Source: Pelagomonas calceolata
Lineage: Eukaryota
Assembly: GCA_918797485.1 (NCBI GenBank)
Contig: CAKKNE010000001.1
Span: forward strand, 930,001-994,000
DNA length: 64,000 nt
Direction: 5' to 3'
Shown here: positions 1-9,934 of the stretch, piece by piece
Layout of the letters: each line of letters opens with the position of its first letter
Numbering within the stretch: the first letter of the stretch is position 1
The notes under the pieces: generated by a model
Databases searched by the model: none
What the model was told of the DNA's origin: nothing
Seen by the model: only the letters and a program-made list of their open reading frames with translations
Made by a program: the position numbers and the translations under genes

Positions 1-1
1 A

Positions 2-778
2 GGTAGCAAAACTCAAGTCCCCATCATCGAGCACGCGGACGTCCGGCGCCAGCTCCTCGCGCAGAAGGCGCTGAGCGAGGGCGCGCTGCACTTATGTTTT
101 TTTGCCGCGTCACTGGTAGATGACTCGAAGACAAATGAGGAGGCCGCCACGTTGTTGGAGGTATTGATCCCGGTCGTCAAGGCCTGGCCCTCGGAGTTTG
201 CATTGGAGGCGAACAAGTGGGCCATCCAGGTGCTCGGCGGCTACGGGTATACGCGCGACTACCCGGTCGAAAGATTATATAGAGACAACCGGCTGAACAT
301 GATTCACGAGGGAACAAATGGGATCCAGGCCCTCGATTTATTAGGGCGCAAAGCTGTGATGAAGGACGGCGCGGCCACGAGAGCGCTCGCGACGGCGATG
401 ATGAGAGATGTCCATATGAACGCAGACATCTTGCCGGATCTAGCCGCGGATCTGGGTGAAGCCGTCGAGCGCTACGGCGCGACGACGGCTCTCCTTGGAA
501 AGGAGCTATCTCAGAATCCGGCGCGGGCGCTGGCGAATGCGCACGAGTATTTGAATATGGTCGGCCACACGGTCGTGGCCTGGCTCTGGCTCCGCGAGGC
601 GGCGGCCGCGCAGAAGGCGCTGCCCTCCGCGACGGGCGCGGACGTGCCCTTCTACGAGGGCAAAATCGCGACGGCGCGCTACTTCTTCAGGCACGAGCTC
701 GTCAAAACAAAGGCGCAGGCGGATCTTCTGGCATCGCTCGAGACGTCGGCGCTCGACGTTCGGCCGGGGCACTTTTAG
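2..778 (+). CDS. Acyl-CoA dehydrogenase, C-terminal part (5' partial)
   Basis: Frame is open from the window edge (PIIEHADVRRQLL); motifs QVLGGYGYTRDYPVE, RLNMIHEGTNGIQALDLLGRK, FYEGKIATARYF. Confidence 0.93.
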   Translation, partial: GSKTQVPIIEHADVRRQLLAQKALSEGALHLCFFAASLVDDSKTNEEAATLLEVLIPVVKAWPSEFALEANKWAIQVLGGYGYTRDYPVERLYRDNRLNMIHEGTNGIQALDLLGRKAVMKDGAATRALATAMMRDVHMNADILPDLAADLGEAVERYGATTALLGKELSQNPARALANAHEYLNMVGHTVVAWLWLREAAAAQKALPSATGADVPFYEGKIATARYFFRHELVKTKAQADLLASLETSALDVRPGHF

Positions 779-889
779 GGTATCTTTATTAACGGTTTGT
801 TGGTGGTCTTTCTTTGTGTTAGACCTACCGAGCTAGTGATTTCCTCGGCGGCGGGACTCCTGTTACGGGTGCTATTTCCTCGCACGACT

Positions 890-915
890 CTAGCGCAGTA
901 AAGACACTAGCAAGC
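890..915. promoter_or_regulatory. Conserved CTAG...CTAG upstream element (reverse orientation)
   Basis: ctagcgcagtaaagacactagcaagc; reverse complement of the consensus seen in about 11 intergenic copies. Confidence 0.55.
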
Positions 916-1007
916 AAAAATGTCGTGTCTTTTTGGCCGCCGATTGAGCCGATAGAGATCTTTAGAAGCAAGGCAAGACACGTCGTGACGCAGCAAAGTC
1001 ACGTGTC

Positions 1008-2666
1008 TTGCGTAACGAGCCCTTTCTACGCGCTAACGCAGCGCTGCTCGACGTCTTGCAAGCGGTCGCCTCCGCATACGGACAGCGCCGTCGCGCTGAC
1101 GCCGGCGACGCGGCCGCAGCGATGCGCGACACCCCCCGCGCGCGCAAGCTCCAAGAGCTCATCAAACTTCTATATGGCGACATAAGAGAAAAGGAGCTCC
1201 CGCGCATCCTGTTCCTCTCGTCATTACTATGCTGCATCATCGGCGGTTTTTGGTTATTGGATTCGTTGAAGGACACGGTGCTGGCGACGACGGTCGGTTT
1301 AAGGTACCAGCCCAAGGCGAAATTGATATCCGTCGTGGTCACGCTGTTTGTGGTCAGCGGCTACACGACGCTGGTAAGACGAATACGGCACAAGCCCACG
1401 TTGTTTTATTTAATTGGAGGCGCCTACACGTTGATCTTTATTGTGATCGGCGGGTTGCTGGCGCACGAGACGATCGGCATGCGAAATACGACGCCGGACC
1501 CCCGTCGATTGGTGGGGTGGTTCTCGTATTTCGCCGTGGAGTCCTACGGGTCGTTGATGGTCGCGCTGTTCTGGGCCTTCACGAACGCGTCCGTCGATGC
1601 GGACACGGCGGAAAGTTCGTATGGGTTGGTCGTGGCCTTCGCACAACTCGGAGCCGTCGGCGGCTCGGCTCTGGCGACGCAGGCACGCAGATTACACATC
1701 TCCTTCTTGTATGTGCTCGGGGGCTGCTCCTGCGCGTTAGTGTGCGGCATGGTGGCGTTATTTGAGTACTACTTCGCCGAGGAGCCTCAAACAGAGGCGC
1801 GGCGCGTCGCGTCGGCCGTCGACGAGGATGATGATGAGGAAGAGGAACCACCACCACCACCCGTAGAGAAGAAGGCGGGGCTCTTCGACGGCCTCGACTT
1901 GGTATTGAGGCACTCCTACGTGTTTAATTTACTGATGATCTCGACGCTGTATGAAATCGTGCTCACGGTTTTGGACTTTGAGATGAAAATTGTGGGACGA
2001 GCTAGATATGGGGCCGACGGCCGCGGCGCCGAAGAATTCGCGCGGCTGATGGGGCAGTTCGGCATTTTAGTGAACTCCGTCTCGTTTCTGTTTTCGTTGG
2101 TACTGTTTTCGTACGTCGTGCGGTCGCTGGGCGTGCGCTCGACCTTACTGGTCTTTCCGGTATTATGTTTAGTTGCTACCTTGTTAGCGTACGGCTTCCC
2201 GTCGCTGTGGACGCTGTTTATCGCCACGGCGCTACTCAAAGCCCTGACGTATTCGCTCAACGAGCCTGCCCTAGAAATGTTGTATCTCCCGACAAGCAAC
2301 GACATCAAGTTCAAGGCCAAGGCCTGGATTGATGTGGTTGGGGCGCGGACCGCCAAGGCCCTCGGTAGCGCGATCAACGACGCCGTCCAGGGGAACCCCG
2401 GCCTGCGGACGTCGCTGCCGCAGTACGGGAACGTGCCTACGTTCGTCGTATCTCTGGCATTGTTCGGCGTCGCATTGAATATGGGCCGGCGCTACGACAC
2501 CATAAAGGAGAGCGGCACGATCGTCGGCGAGGAGGACGCCACGCCGAGCGGCGGCTACGAGCTCGTCTCGACGGCGCCGCGGAACGAAGGGCCCTGGCGG
2601 CGGAATTTGGAGCGCTTGGACTCGCTCGACGTCGACGACGACGAGGAGCTGGAAGATCCGCGATAG
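1008..2666 (+). CDS. TLC/NTT-family ATP/ADP (nucleotide) transporter
   Basis: Many TM helices; WLLDSLKD, ESYGSLMVALFWAFTN, EMLYLPTSNDIKFKAKAWIDVVGAR. Confidence 0.88.
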   Translation: MRNEPFLRANAALLDVLQAVASAYGQRRRADAGDAAAAMRDTPRARKLQELIKLLYGDIREKELPRILFLSSLLCCIIGGFWLLDSLKDTVLATTVGLRYQPKAKLISVVVTLFVVSGYTTLVRRIRHKPTLFYLIGGAYTLIFIVIGGLLAHETIGMRNTTPDPRRLVGWFSYFAVESYGSLMVALFWAFTNASVDADTAESSYGLVVAFAQLGAVGGSALATQARRLHISFLYVLGGCSCALVCGMVALFEYYFAEEPQTEARRVASAVDEDDDEEEEPPPPPVEKKAGLFDGLDLVLRHSYVFNLLMISTLYEIVLTVLDFEMKIVGRARYGADGRGAEEFARLMGQFGILVNSVSFLFSLVLFSYVVRSLGVRSTLLVFPVLCLVATLLAYGFPSLWTLFIATALLKALTYSLNEPALEMLYLPTSNDIKFKAKAWIDVVGARTAKALGSAINDAVQGNPGLRTSLPQYGNVPTFVVSLALFGVALNMGRRYDTIKESGTIVGEEDATPSGGYELVSTAPRNEGPWRRNLERLDSLDVDDDEELEDPR

Positions 2667-2681
2667 TATAGTGTAATTGTG

Positions 2682-3715
2682 TTAACCAGACCTCTTCACC
2701 CGCGCGACCAGCGCCGCGGCCGCATCCTCCACACTCGTCGCGAAGGGCCGGACGACCTCGTCGAGCGCGTTCGTATCGCGCAAAACCGCGGCGCCGTGGC
2801 GCGAGCCTGACGAAACCACAACGCGCCAACCCGCCGTGCCGTTGCCCGCGGCGTTCACGCGGTCGCAGGCGGCCCTTCCGAGAGCGATGCGGTCGCGCGG
2901 CGACTTGTGGTGCCCGATGCCGTCGTCGTGGAGCAGGCGCACGGGGCCCCACAACGGTTCCGCGTGCGAGTACGTCGGTCGCAGGTTCCAATTGGCGGGC
3001 AACCAGCCCAGCGTCCAGGGCCGGACGCGCTTCGAAGCGCAGCTCCGGGCGAGCAGTGAGTCGCAGGGCGCTTGATCCGTGCCCACGGAGTTGTTGCGGA
3101 GCCGGCGCCGCTTGCCGCGCCACATCTCGACGTAGCGCTTCGCCCAGTCTTGGAAGAAAGCATTGGCGTGGCCGCCGCGGCGCACGAGAATGGACCCAGT
3201 TTGAGCTCTAAATCGTTCGAGCGGCGAAAAGCGAACGCCCGGGCAGCTCCCGCCGCTCTCGCCGGTCGGTGCATCGTGACACGTCGTGCGGCAGGCGAGG
3301 CACGCATCCGAATTCGTGGCACACGACGCCACACAGCGCTCGCGGAGGCAGTCCCGCACGGCTTTTCGCATCTGACCGGAGGCCCGTTTCCGATCCGCAC
3401 CAAACCCCCGGTCCGCGAAGTAGTTCGTCATGCGCACGTCAACGCTGGGTGAAGCGCGCCCGAGCGCCAGCAGCTCGGACGCGATGCGCGGCGCGGGGCC
3501 GCAGAAATACGTGTCGTCGTCCACGTACAAGGTAATGGCGAAGGGCGGCTCGCGCGTCGCCCACGTGACAAGCCTGCCCAGTTTGATCGAGGCGCGGTGG
3601 CGCCACTGTGCGGGGAGCATGCTGACGTCGACGCGGCGCGGCGCGGCCACGTAGTGATCGAGCGTCGCCGGAGACCCGTGCTGCTTCGCGAGCTTTTTCA
3701 GGGCGCGCCGCGCTA
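2682..3715 (-). CDS. Putative glycosyltransferase-like protein, apparently 5'-truncated
   Basis: TLYVDDDTYFC (DxD), QTGSILV, GTDQ, WLPANWN; the ORF's Met lies inside TPR-derived sequence on the other strand. Confidence 0.5.
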
Positions 3716-4069
3716 GAGACCCTCCGAGCTGCCAACAACTATGCATCGTTGCTCATTCATCTAAAACGCTTCGAAGAAGCCAGATCGTTGATGCGCAGAA
3801 CGGTGCCCATGGCGCGACGCGTTCTAGGAGACAGTCATGATCTCACGCTCAGAATGAGGAAAATTTACGCGGGGGCGCTCTGCAATGACGAAGGCGCCAC
3901 GCTCGACTATCTCCGCGAGGCTGTGACGACACTTGAGGATACGGAACGGATTGCGCGGCGCGTGTTCGGCGGCGCGCACCCGCTCACAACGGCCATTGAA
4001 ATCGATCTGCAACACGCCCGAGCGGCGCTCCGCGCCCGCGAGACGCCTCTGGCAGAAGAGGGAAAGTAG
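3716..4069 (+). pseudogene. C-terminal fragment of a TPR-like repeat protein family
   Basis: ETLRAANNYASLL..KRFEEARSL..RRVLGDSHDLTL..RRVFGGAHPLT; no N-terminus or promoter space. Confidence 0.6.
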
Positions 4070-4083
4070 ATTCATAAAACAAG

Positions 4084-5278
4084 TTACTTCGTCTTCCGCC
4101 GCTTCGCCGACGAGGCCCCTCCGAGGTCGCGGTCGAGCGCCGACACGTAGCTCGCGTCCGTCCGCGGCACCGCGGTCTCGGCCGCGGCCATGGCGCTCTG
4201 GAGGCCGTGCCACGCGCCGAGCACGCGGCCGACGCGCCCCGCCGTCGCCACGCCGGCCCCCTCGAAGACCTTGTCGAGGTTGCCCAGCTTCCGCGCGCAG
4301 TCGTCCGCCCGGTCCAACAGCGCCAAGGGCAACCCAATATCGACATGACCGAGGTACTCGCGGCAGTTCTGGATGAAGTAGCCGAAGTCCTCCCACCGCG
4401 CCGCCTCCTCGCACAGACTGTCGTCGTCGAACATCGAGTCCATGCGCTCCTCGGCGTTGTCTAACGTTTTCCTGATGGACACGGCGAGCTCCGATTCGAC
4501 GTGGAAGGCGCCCTTGGCCACGACGGCGTCGACCTATATAGACATGTTACACAATATACATATGAGTATAATACCTCGTCAAAGTCTTTGCCCAATTTTT
4601 CAAACAAACATAGCTGCAATTGAAACCCGACGTTGGGATAAATACAAGCTCGTTTAGCAGCAACCAGAGAAAATCTGTAGTCGCATGGCACAGTGAGTAC
4701 ACATAACATAAACATAAAAAAAACACATAAACGCGCGCGTCTCTGTACGACAACCCGTCCTTGACCATGAGTGCGGCGATGACCACCGTCGCACTTCGGG
4801 AAATACCTCTTCCACAATGAACAATGACATTTTCTCCCTTCTTCAAGCCTTGAAGCACAAAGTCCACACCTCTCCTCAGATGCTCAAAGACCTAGTTGCG
4901 GCAAGCGAAGCGGTGAGCCACATTGGTACAAGGAAGGACGATAAATCAGACGAGTTGCGTCGGCGTGTCGCGCGCGTCGAGGAAGAGCACTTGCACGTTT
5001 CCCCGGAACCAGTCTTTCAGGCTTTCCGAGACGTTGCCTCCATCAGTGGGATCCACTTCATAGGGCATGATCGTGACAATTCTCTGAATTTTTTCGACCT
5101 TGACCCAGGCGAGGTCTCGGACATTGGCTTCGCTGCCGAGCCACAAGCCTTCAGTTATTAACGAAGCGTCATCTTGAAACGTCGGCAGGAAGCGCTCGTC
5201 TTCGGCCTGGGTCTCGATCCACTCGTTCGTGGACGACGACGGGCCGAGGTAGGGCGCTTGTTGTACTGCTGCGGCCAT
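4084..5278 (-). CDS. Dual-specificity protein phosphatase; 3 introns (4892-4951, 4675-4736 GC-AG, 4534-4574)
   Basis: LWLGS, VHCGRGISRSATVVIA (HCx5R), YPNVGFQLQL; splicing joins four ORFs in frame. Confidence 0.88.
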
Positions 5279-5766
5279 TTTGGCGGAGCACCTTGTTCAG
5301 AGGCCGCGGGGCGCCGCGCGCTGCGGGTGAACCGTCAGCGGGCGAGTTCTCGAGCTTTTGAGCTCGCAGCGCCCGTCTGGGAAGCCGCGGCGGCGTCGTA
5401 TGGCGACGCTTTGCGAGTCCGCTGGGCTTTTTTGGAGGTCCCGGGTTTTGTTCGCAGGCATCCATCCGCGCGGAGGCCGCGGAGGCCTCCCTCAACAGAG
5501 CTCCAAGCAGCAGAGGGGCAGTCGGCGCCAAGGACCCGCCAAGCCCTTGTTTACCCTGCTTCGGTCCTGGGCCCCCTGCGCGGCGCGAATTGCACGGCCA
5601 AATTCGGCTGCTTCGACTGCCAAAGCCGAAGTGCCGTAGGCCTGGGAGCCCCACAGAATCGGCGCGGCAGCCTCGGCGGCTCCGCACGGCAAGCGCACAA
5701 GCGAGAGCAGCCCTACCTACAGCAGGGAGGCTGCCCGCGGCGCGCGAGCGAGCGAGCTCCGAAACC

Positions 5767-7572
5767 ATGGACGAGACGACGACCCCGGCGCGCTTCGACG
5801 CCGAGGCCGCGGCGCCGGCGCGGCGCGGCGACGAGCAGATGCTGCTGGGCCGGCGGCGCGGCCGGGCCGCCGCGCGTTTTATTGTTGGAGGCGCCGTCGT
5901 CTTGAATCTCGTGGGCTTCGTCGCGTTCCGCGGCGGGCGACCACAGCCCCTCGCGTCGACGGCGCTCGACGCGGTGCAAATCCCGCGGCGCGTCGTGCGC
6001 ATCGACGACTACGACGGCAAGGCGAGGAAAGCATATCTGGAAAAGCACTATTCAAACACGGACGTTCTCGAGGCGTACGGGGAGGCGCCGCGCCGCGCGA
6101 TGCGCGAGGATTTGTTTCGCATGGCCTACGTCGCGCGCGAGGGCGGCTTTTCCTATGGTCGAAATGTGAAGGGCACCACGACGCTGCCGACGCGCCACGC
6201 GGCGGTCTTTCCCCGTGTACGTGATGGCGATAAGTGGCGGATCGGCAATTATGCCTTCGGGGCCGTGCCCGGGCACCAATTCGTGGTGGCTGCCTTGCGC
6301 GAGGCGTCCCGGAGGACGCTTGCCAGAACCGTGGAGACGTCCGCCGACGCGCGCGCCGCGACGGGGCCGGCGATGCTGCGGGACGTCTACAAAGCGGGCC
6401 GGTCTCGGGGTTTGTACGGCGACGTCGCTTTGCTGGGCGGCGCCAAGAAGCCGCGCGCGGCCCGCAAGGCCTTCGGGCCGCGCGTGAAGAAGGACGAGGT
6501 CATCATCATCATCACGGACGAGGACGACGCCTCGAGTGGCGACGACGGCGCTACTGATGATGGCGGCGATGACTCCGCTACCTACTACGACGATGCGGGC
6601 GACGACGCGGGCGATGACGCCTATTACGCTGCGGCAGACGACGCGGGCGATGACGCCTATTACGCTGCGGCAGACGACGCGGGTGATGACGCCTATTACG
6701 CTGCGGCAGACGACGCGGGTGATGACGCCTATTACGCTGCGGCAGACGACGCGGGCGATGACGCCTATTACTATGCGGCGGCGGGCGACGATGCCCCTGC
6801 CTACTACTATTACACGGCCGCGGATGATAGCACGTACGGCTACGGGGACGACTCAGCGTACGCATACGGGTACGACGATGCCGCGACCTACGGCTATGGG
6901 TACTCTGACGATGGCGGGGCCTACGGATACTCCGACGATTCGTACGGCTACGCAGGCGACGACGGCGACGATAGCTCGTACGGCGACGACGGCGACGACG
7001 GATCGTACGCTGACGACGGCGACGATAGCTCGTACGGCGACGACGGCGACGACAGCTCGTACGCCGCTGACGACGGTGACGACAGCTCGTACGCCGCTGA
7101 CGACGGCGACGACAGCTCTTACGGCGACGACGGCGACGATAGCTCGTACGCTGACGACGGCGACGATAGCTCTTACGGCGACGACGACGACGACAGCTCG
7201 TACGCCGTCGACGACGGTGACGACAGCTCGTACGGCGACGACGACGGCTCGGGAGACACGTACTCCGGAGACGACGACGACGACGATGCAACAGTCGCGG
7301 CCGCCGACGACGACGACTCCTCGACCGACGACGTCGTCGCGACCGCGGGCTTCTCGTGGGGCTCGCTCTTCACGGACCCCTGGAACTTCATCAAGGACAA
7401 CTGGCTGCTGCTCGTCGTGTCGCTCGCGTTCTCGCTCTGCACGTGCTGCTGCGTCCTGTACGTCTGCGGCGGCGGCGGCGGCGGCGGGGGCGGTGGGCCG
7501 CCGCCGCGGTCCGCGCCGCGGAAGCCCATGGCCGGCGGCTCCGGGCGGACGAGCGGCGTCGGGCCGTTCTAG
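5767..7572 (+). CDS. Membrane protein with degenerate GT32-like domain and Asp/Gly/Tyr-rich repeats
   Basis: N-terminal TM; DLFRMAYVAREGGF, NYAFGAVPGHQF, TGP motifs; acidic repeats; C-terminal TM with Cys cluster. Confidence 0.7.
   Translation: MDETTTPARFDAEAAAPARRGDEQMLLGRRRGRAAARFIVGGAVVLNLVGFVAFRGGRPQPLASTALDAVQIPRRVVRIDDYDGKARKAYLEKHYSNTDVLEAYGEAPRRAMREDLFRMAYVAREGGFSYGRNVKGTTTLPTRHAAVFPRVRDGDKWRIGNYAFGAVPGHQFVVAALREASRRTLARTVETSADARAATGPAMLRDVYKAGRSRGLYGDVALLGGAKKPRAARKAFGPRVKKDEVIIIITDEDDASSGDDGATDDGGDDSATYYDDAGDDAGDDAYYAAADDAGDDAYYAAADDAGDDAYYAAADDAGDDAYYAAADDAGDDAYYYAAAGDDAPAYYYYTAADDSTYGYGDDSAYAYGYDDAATYGYGYSDDGGAYGYSDDSYGYAGDDGDDSSYGDDGDDGSYADDGDDSSYGDDGDDSSYAADDGDDSSYAADDGDDSSYGDDGDDSSYADDGDDSSYGDDDDDSSYAVDDGDDSSYGDDDGSGDTYSGDDDDDDATVAAADDDDSSTDDVVATAGFSWGSLFTDPWNFIKDNWLLLVVSLAFSLCTCCCVLYVCGGGGGGGGGGPPPRSAPRKPMAGGSGRTSGVGPF
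6601..6770 (+). repeat. 36-bp coding tandem repeat (DDAGDDAYYAAA x ~4.7)
   Basis: gacgacgcgggYgatgacgcctattacgctgcggca repeated. Confidence 0.95.
6958..7245 (+). repeat. 27-30-bp coding tandem repeat (DDGDDSSY[G/A] x ~10)
   Basis: gacgacggcgacgaYagctcKtacg units. Confidence 0.9.
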
Positions 7573-7707
7573 TCTTGAGTAATTTCGGAATCTGTAGCTT
7601 CTCTGTAGCTTCTCTTTAGCGTGTAACTTGTTGGGGGTGGGGCTGGGAGTGGTGTGTATTAAGTCTGTGTTTTTAGTCTTGAAATTTTACTCGGTCGCGC
7701 GCCAGAG

Positions 7708-8313
7708 TCACTGTTGCGCATCTTCCTGGGCCTGCTCCCCCGTCACCTTCTCGACCGTCTGCCCCTCCATGAGCTTCTCTATCGCGCCTTCGGGGTCCTT
7801 GCAGAGGGCCGCGCGAGCTGACGCATCCGCATCTTTGAGCGCCGAGGAGAATAGCTTCACCGCTTTTTCCCAAGCTCTCAAATCAGACAGCCGCGCCTCG
7901 GCCACGGCCGCGGCGCATTCGGCCTGCATCCTTCGATCAACTAATCTCTCCATTTTTTCTTCAGTCTCCTTCAGGGCGCGCTTCATTCTATCCAACTCAT
8001 CATCCAGGGAGACATTTTCGCTGATGCCAAGGTTATACATCGTAAGCAACTGCTGATTCAGTGTGCCCAGGATTAATCTCCCCCTTTTTTCTTCAAACTC
8101 CTCCAGCGCGCGCTTCATTTTATTACTCGCTCGCATCTCGGCGAGATTGTCGCTCTGTAACGTCATACGCTCTATGATCTGCTCCTCGCGCTCGCTGAGC
8201 CCCTCGCCGGCCGCGTCGCCCGCCCGCGCCGCCTTCGATTCGTAAAAGACGGCCGCGACGAGGAGCGTGACGAGCGCGACGAGCGCACAAATGACGAGGT
8301 CTGAGACTTCCAT
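7708..8313 (-). CDS. Hypothetical protein with N-terminal TM and coiled coil
   Basis: 201-aa ORF, hydrophobic N-terminus, charged helical body. Confidence 0.7.
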   Translation of the reverse strand: MEVSDLVICALVALVTLLVAAVFYESKAARAGDAAGEGLSEREEQIIERMTLQSDNLAEMRASNKMKRALEEFEEKRGRLILGTLNQQLLTMYNLGISENVSLDDELDRMKRALKETEEKMERLVDRRMQAECAAAVAEARLSDLRAWEKAVKLFSSALKDADASARAALCKDPEGAIEKLMEGQTVEKVTGEQAQEDAQQ

Positions 8314-8483
8314 TGTCAGCTCTAGAGGTGAGCGCTGTTCCAGTACTTAGTAACTGTTACAGCTGGTTTTCGTGAGCAAACAGAGGAGCGCGCGTGCAAT
8401 CGCTCTTAGTTCGGCTCTGAGAGGGTCTGGAGACGCGCGCCGGTCCTCGCCTCGTGTCGTAAATCGCGCGCGGCGAAACGTCA

Positions 8484-8616
8484 GCTAGCGGCATGTAATA
8501 CACTAGCAGGACTCCTGCATCGGGGAGCTTATTCTCCATCGATGCGGGCGCGTCGATGGCGTATGGGGGAGCTCCGTTAAAATTATATGGTTCCTAGTGT
8601 CTTACATACCGCTAGC
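8484..8616. promoter_or_regulatory. Two inverted copies of the CTAG element in a divergent intergenic region
   Basis: 8484-8507 gctagcggcatgtaatacactagc and 8594-8616 ctagtgtcttacataccgctagc. Confidence 0.6.
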
Positions 8617-8726
8617 TAGCCAAAATAGCCATCGACGTAAAAATGAGGCTAGGGCTCGCGCTGATTGGCGCAGAAGCTATTACGCTCGCGCATTGATGCT
8701 ACAACCAAGCCTCGCTGCGAAAAACC

Positions 8727-9734
8727 ATGGCTAGCGGCTTAAAAATCATACTGCTCTGCACACTCTGCTGCTCAGCAGCTCTCAGCTTCGTCGCACCGAC
8801 GCCAGCGCTGCGCGGAACAACGCCGTCGATGCGACCATCGATGCGCCGAGTCAAACCTGCACAAGTTTTCCCACCCATTTGGCCATATGTCGGCTGCGAC
8901 GGCTGCGTCGGGGCGGGAGCGGCGGGCCTCTTCGTCGCGCTGGTCAGCACGGGCTTCGGTCTGCCCGTGTCCGAAGATGTGTTGCTGGTGTCGCTCGGCT
9001 CACGCCTCGGCGCCATGCGGCCGGCGACCCGCGCCGCGCACTGCGTCGCCGCGGTCGCGGGGTGCGCCCTCGCGGATGTTGCGACGGTCTCCCTCGGCTG
9101 CGCTTTGCGCGAGAACGAAGAGTCGCTGCGGGAACAGGCGCCCGGCTTCCTCGGCCGCCTGCTCCGCTCAATCGGCAGGCAGCTCGACAAGGAAACGCGG
9201 CGCGACGGTGCAAGATTATTCCGAGACCTGGAAGAGCGCCTCCGCGGCGCCGTCGACGGCCTGAAGCGGCTCGTTTCTGGTACTCCACCGCCGCCGCCGC
9301 CCCGCGACTGGATGAAAATGTTCGTGATGCGGCTGCGACGGCTCACGTGCAATACGCGGACGGCCCTCGCGCGCGCGGGCCAGGCGATCCAGGCCCTCAT
9401 GCCGCTGCGCAATGAAGACAGAGACGAGGGCCCGGCGGCGCTCGGCGCCCGGCTCCGCGCGTCGAGTGGACAGCGGTGGCCCCTCGCCCTCCTCGCCGGC
9501 CTCCGCGGGCCCGTCGACCGGCGGAAGTACGCTTTAGGCGCCGCCGCGGCCTGCGTGACCATGACGTTGCCCGCTCAACTCGCCCTCGGCGCTATCATCG
9601 GACCGTCGCGGCGAGGCATCGTGGCGCTCCATGTAGCCGTGGCCTGGGCCCAGCTGTGCCGGCAGGGCCCGCTCTGGGCGGCGATCGTCGTTGCCGTGAA
9701 GGACGAGGTGGGGGCGCGGCGGCGGCGTCTGTGA
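8727..9734 (+). CDS. DedA/SNARE-associated-like membrane protein, probably plastid-targeted
   Basis: Signal peptide + ALSF cleavage-like motif; GFGLPVSEDVLLV, LADVATVSLG. Confidence 0.6.
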   Translation: MASGLKIILLCTLCCSAALSFVAPTPALRGTTPSMRPSMRRVKPAQVFPPIWPYVGCDGCVGAGAAGLFVALVSTGFGLPVSEDVLLVSLGSRLGAMRPATRAAHCVAAVAGCALADVATVSLGCALRENEESLREQAPGFLGRLLRSIGRQLDKETRRDGARLFRDLEERLRGAVDGLKRLVSGTPPPPPPRDWMKMFVMRLRRLTCNTRTALARAGQAIQALMPLRNEDRDEGPAALGARLRASSGQRWPLALLAGLRGPVDRRKYALGAAAACVTMTLPAQLALGAIIGPSRRGIVALHVAVAWAQLCRQGPLWAAIVVAVKDEVGARRRRL

Positions 9735-9934
9735 TGTTAATTGACTTGTAGTTTCTCTTGGCACGTACTAGTAGATGATGCGAGAGGAACTCGTTTTTCT
9801 GGTGCGCGGCGTGCGCGGCTACTTTGGTGGTATTCATTGGACTTACTTCAGCTCGATCAAGCAGAGGGGAAGGGAAATGAGGAAGGGGCGGTCTTCTCCG
9901 CCGGCGCAAATTGGGTATGTACAGGCGCGCTCAC

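Noticed and set aside
6601..7245. Regular 27-36-bp repeats resembling a CRISPR array
   Set aside because: Contiguous in-frame coding repeats with no unique spacers, no cas genes, and a eukaryotic context
6536..7582. Thr-rich and Arg-rich alternative ORFs over the repeat
   Set aside because: Frame-shift and antisense shadows of the Asp-rich CDS
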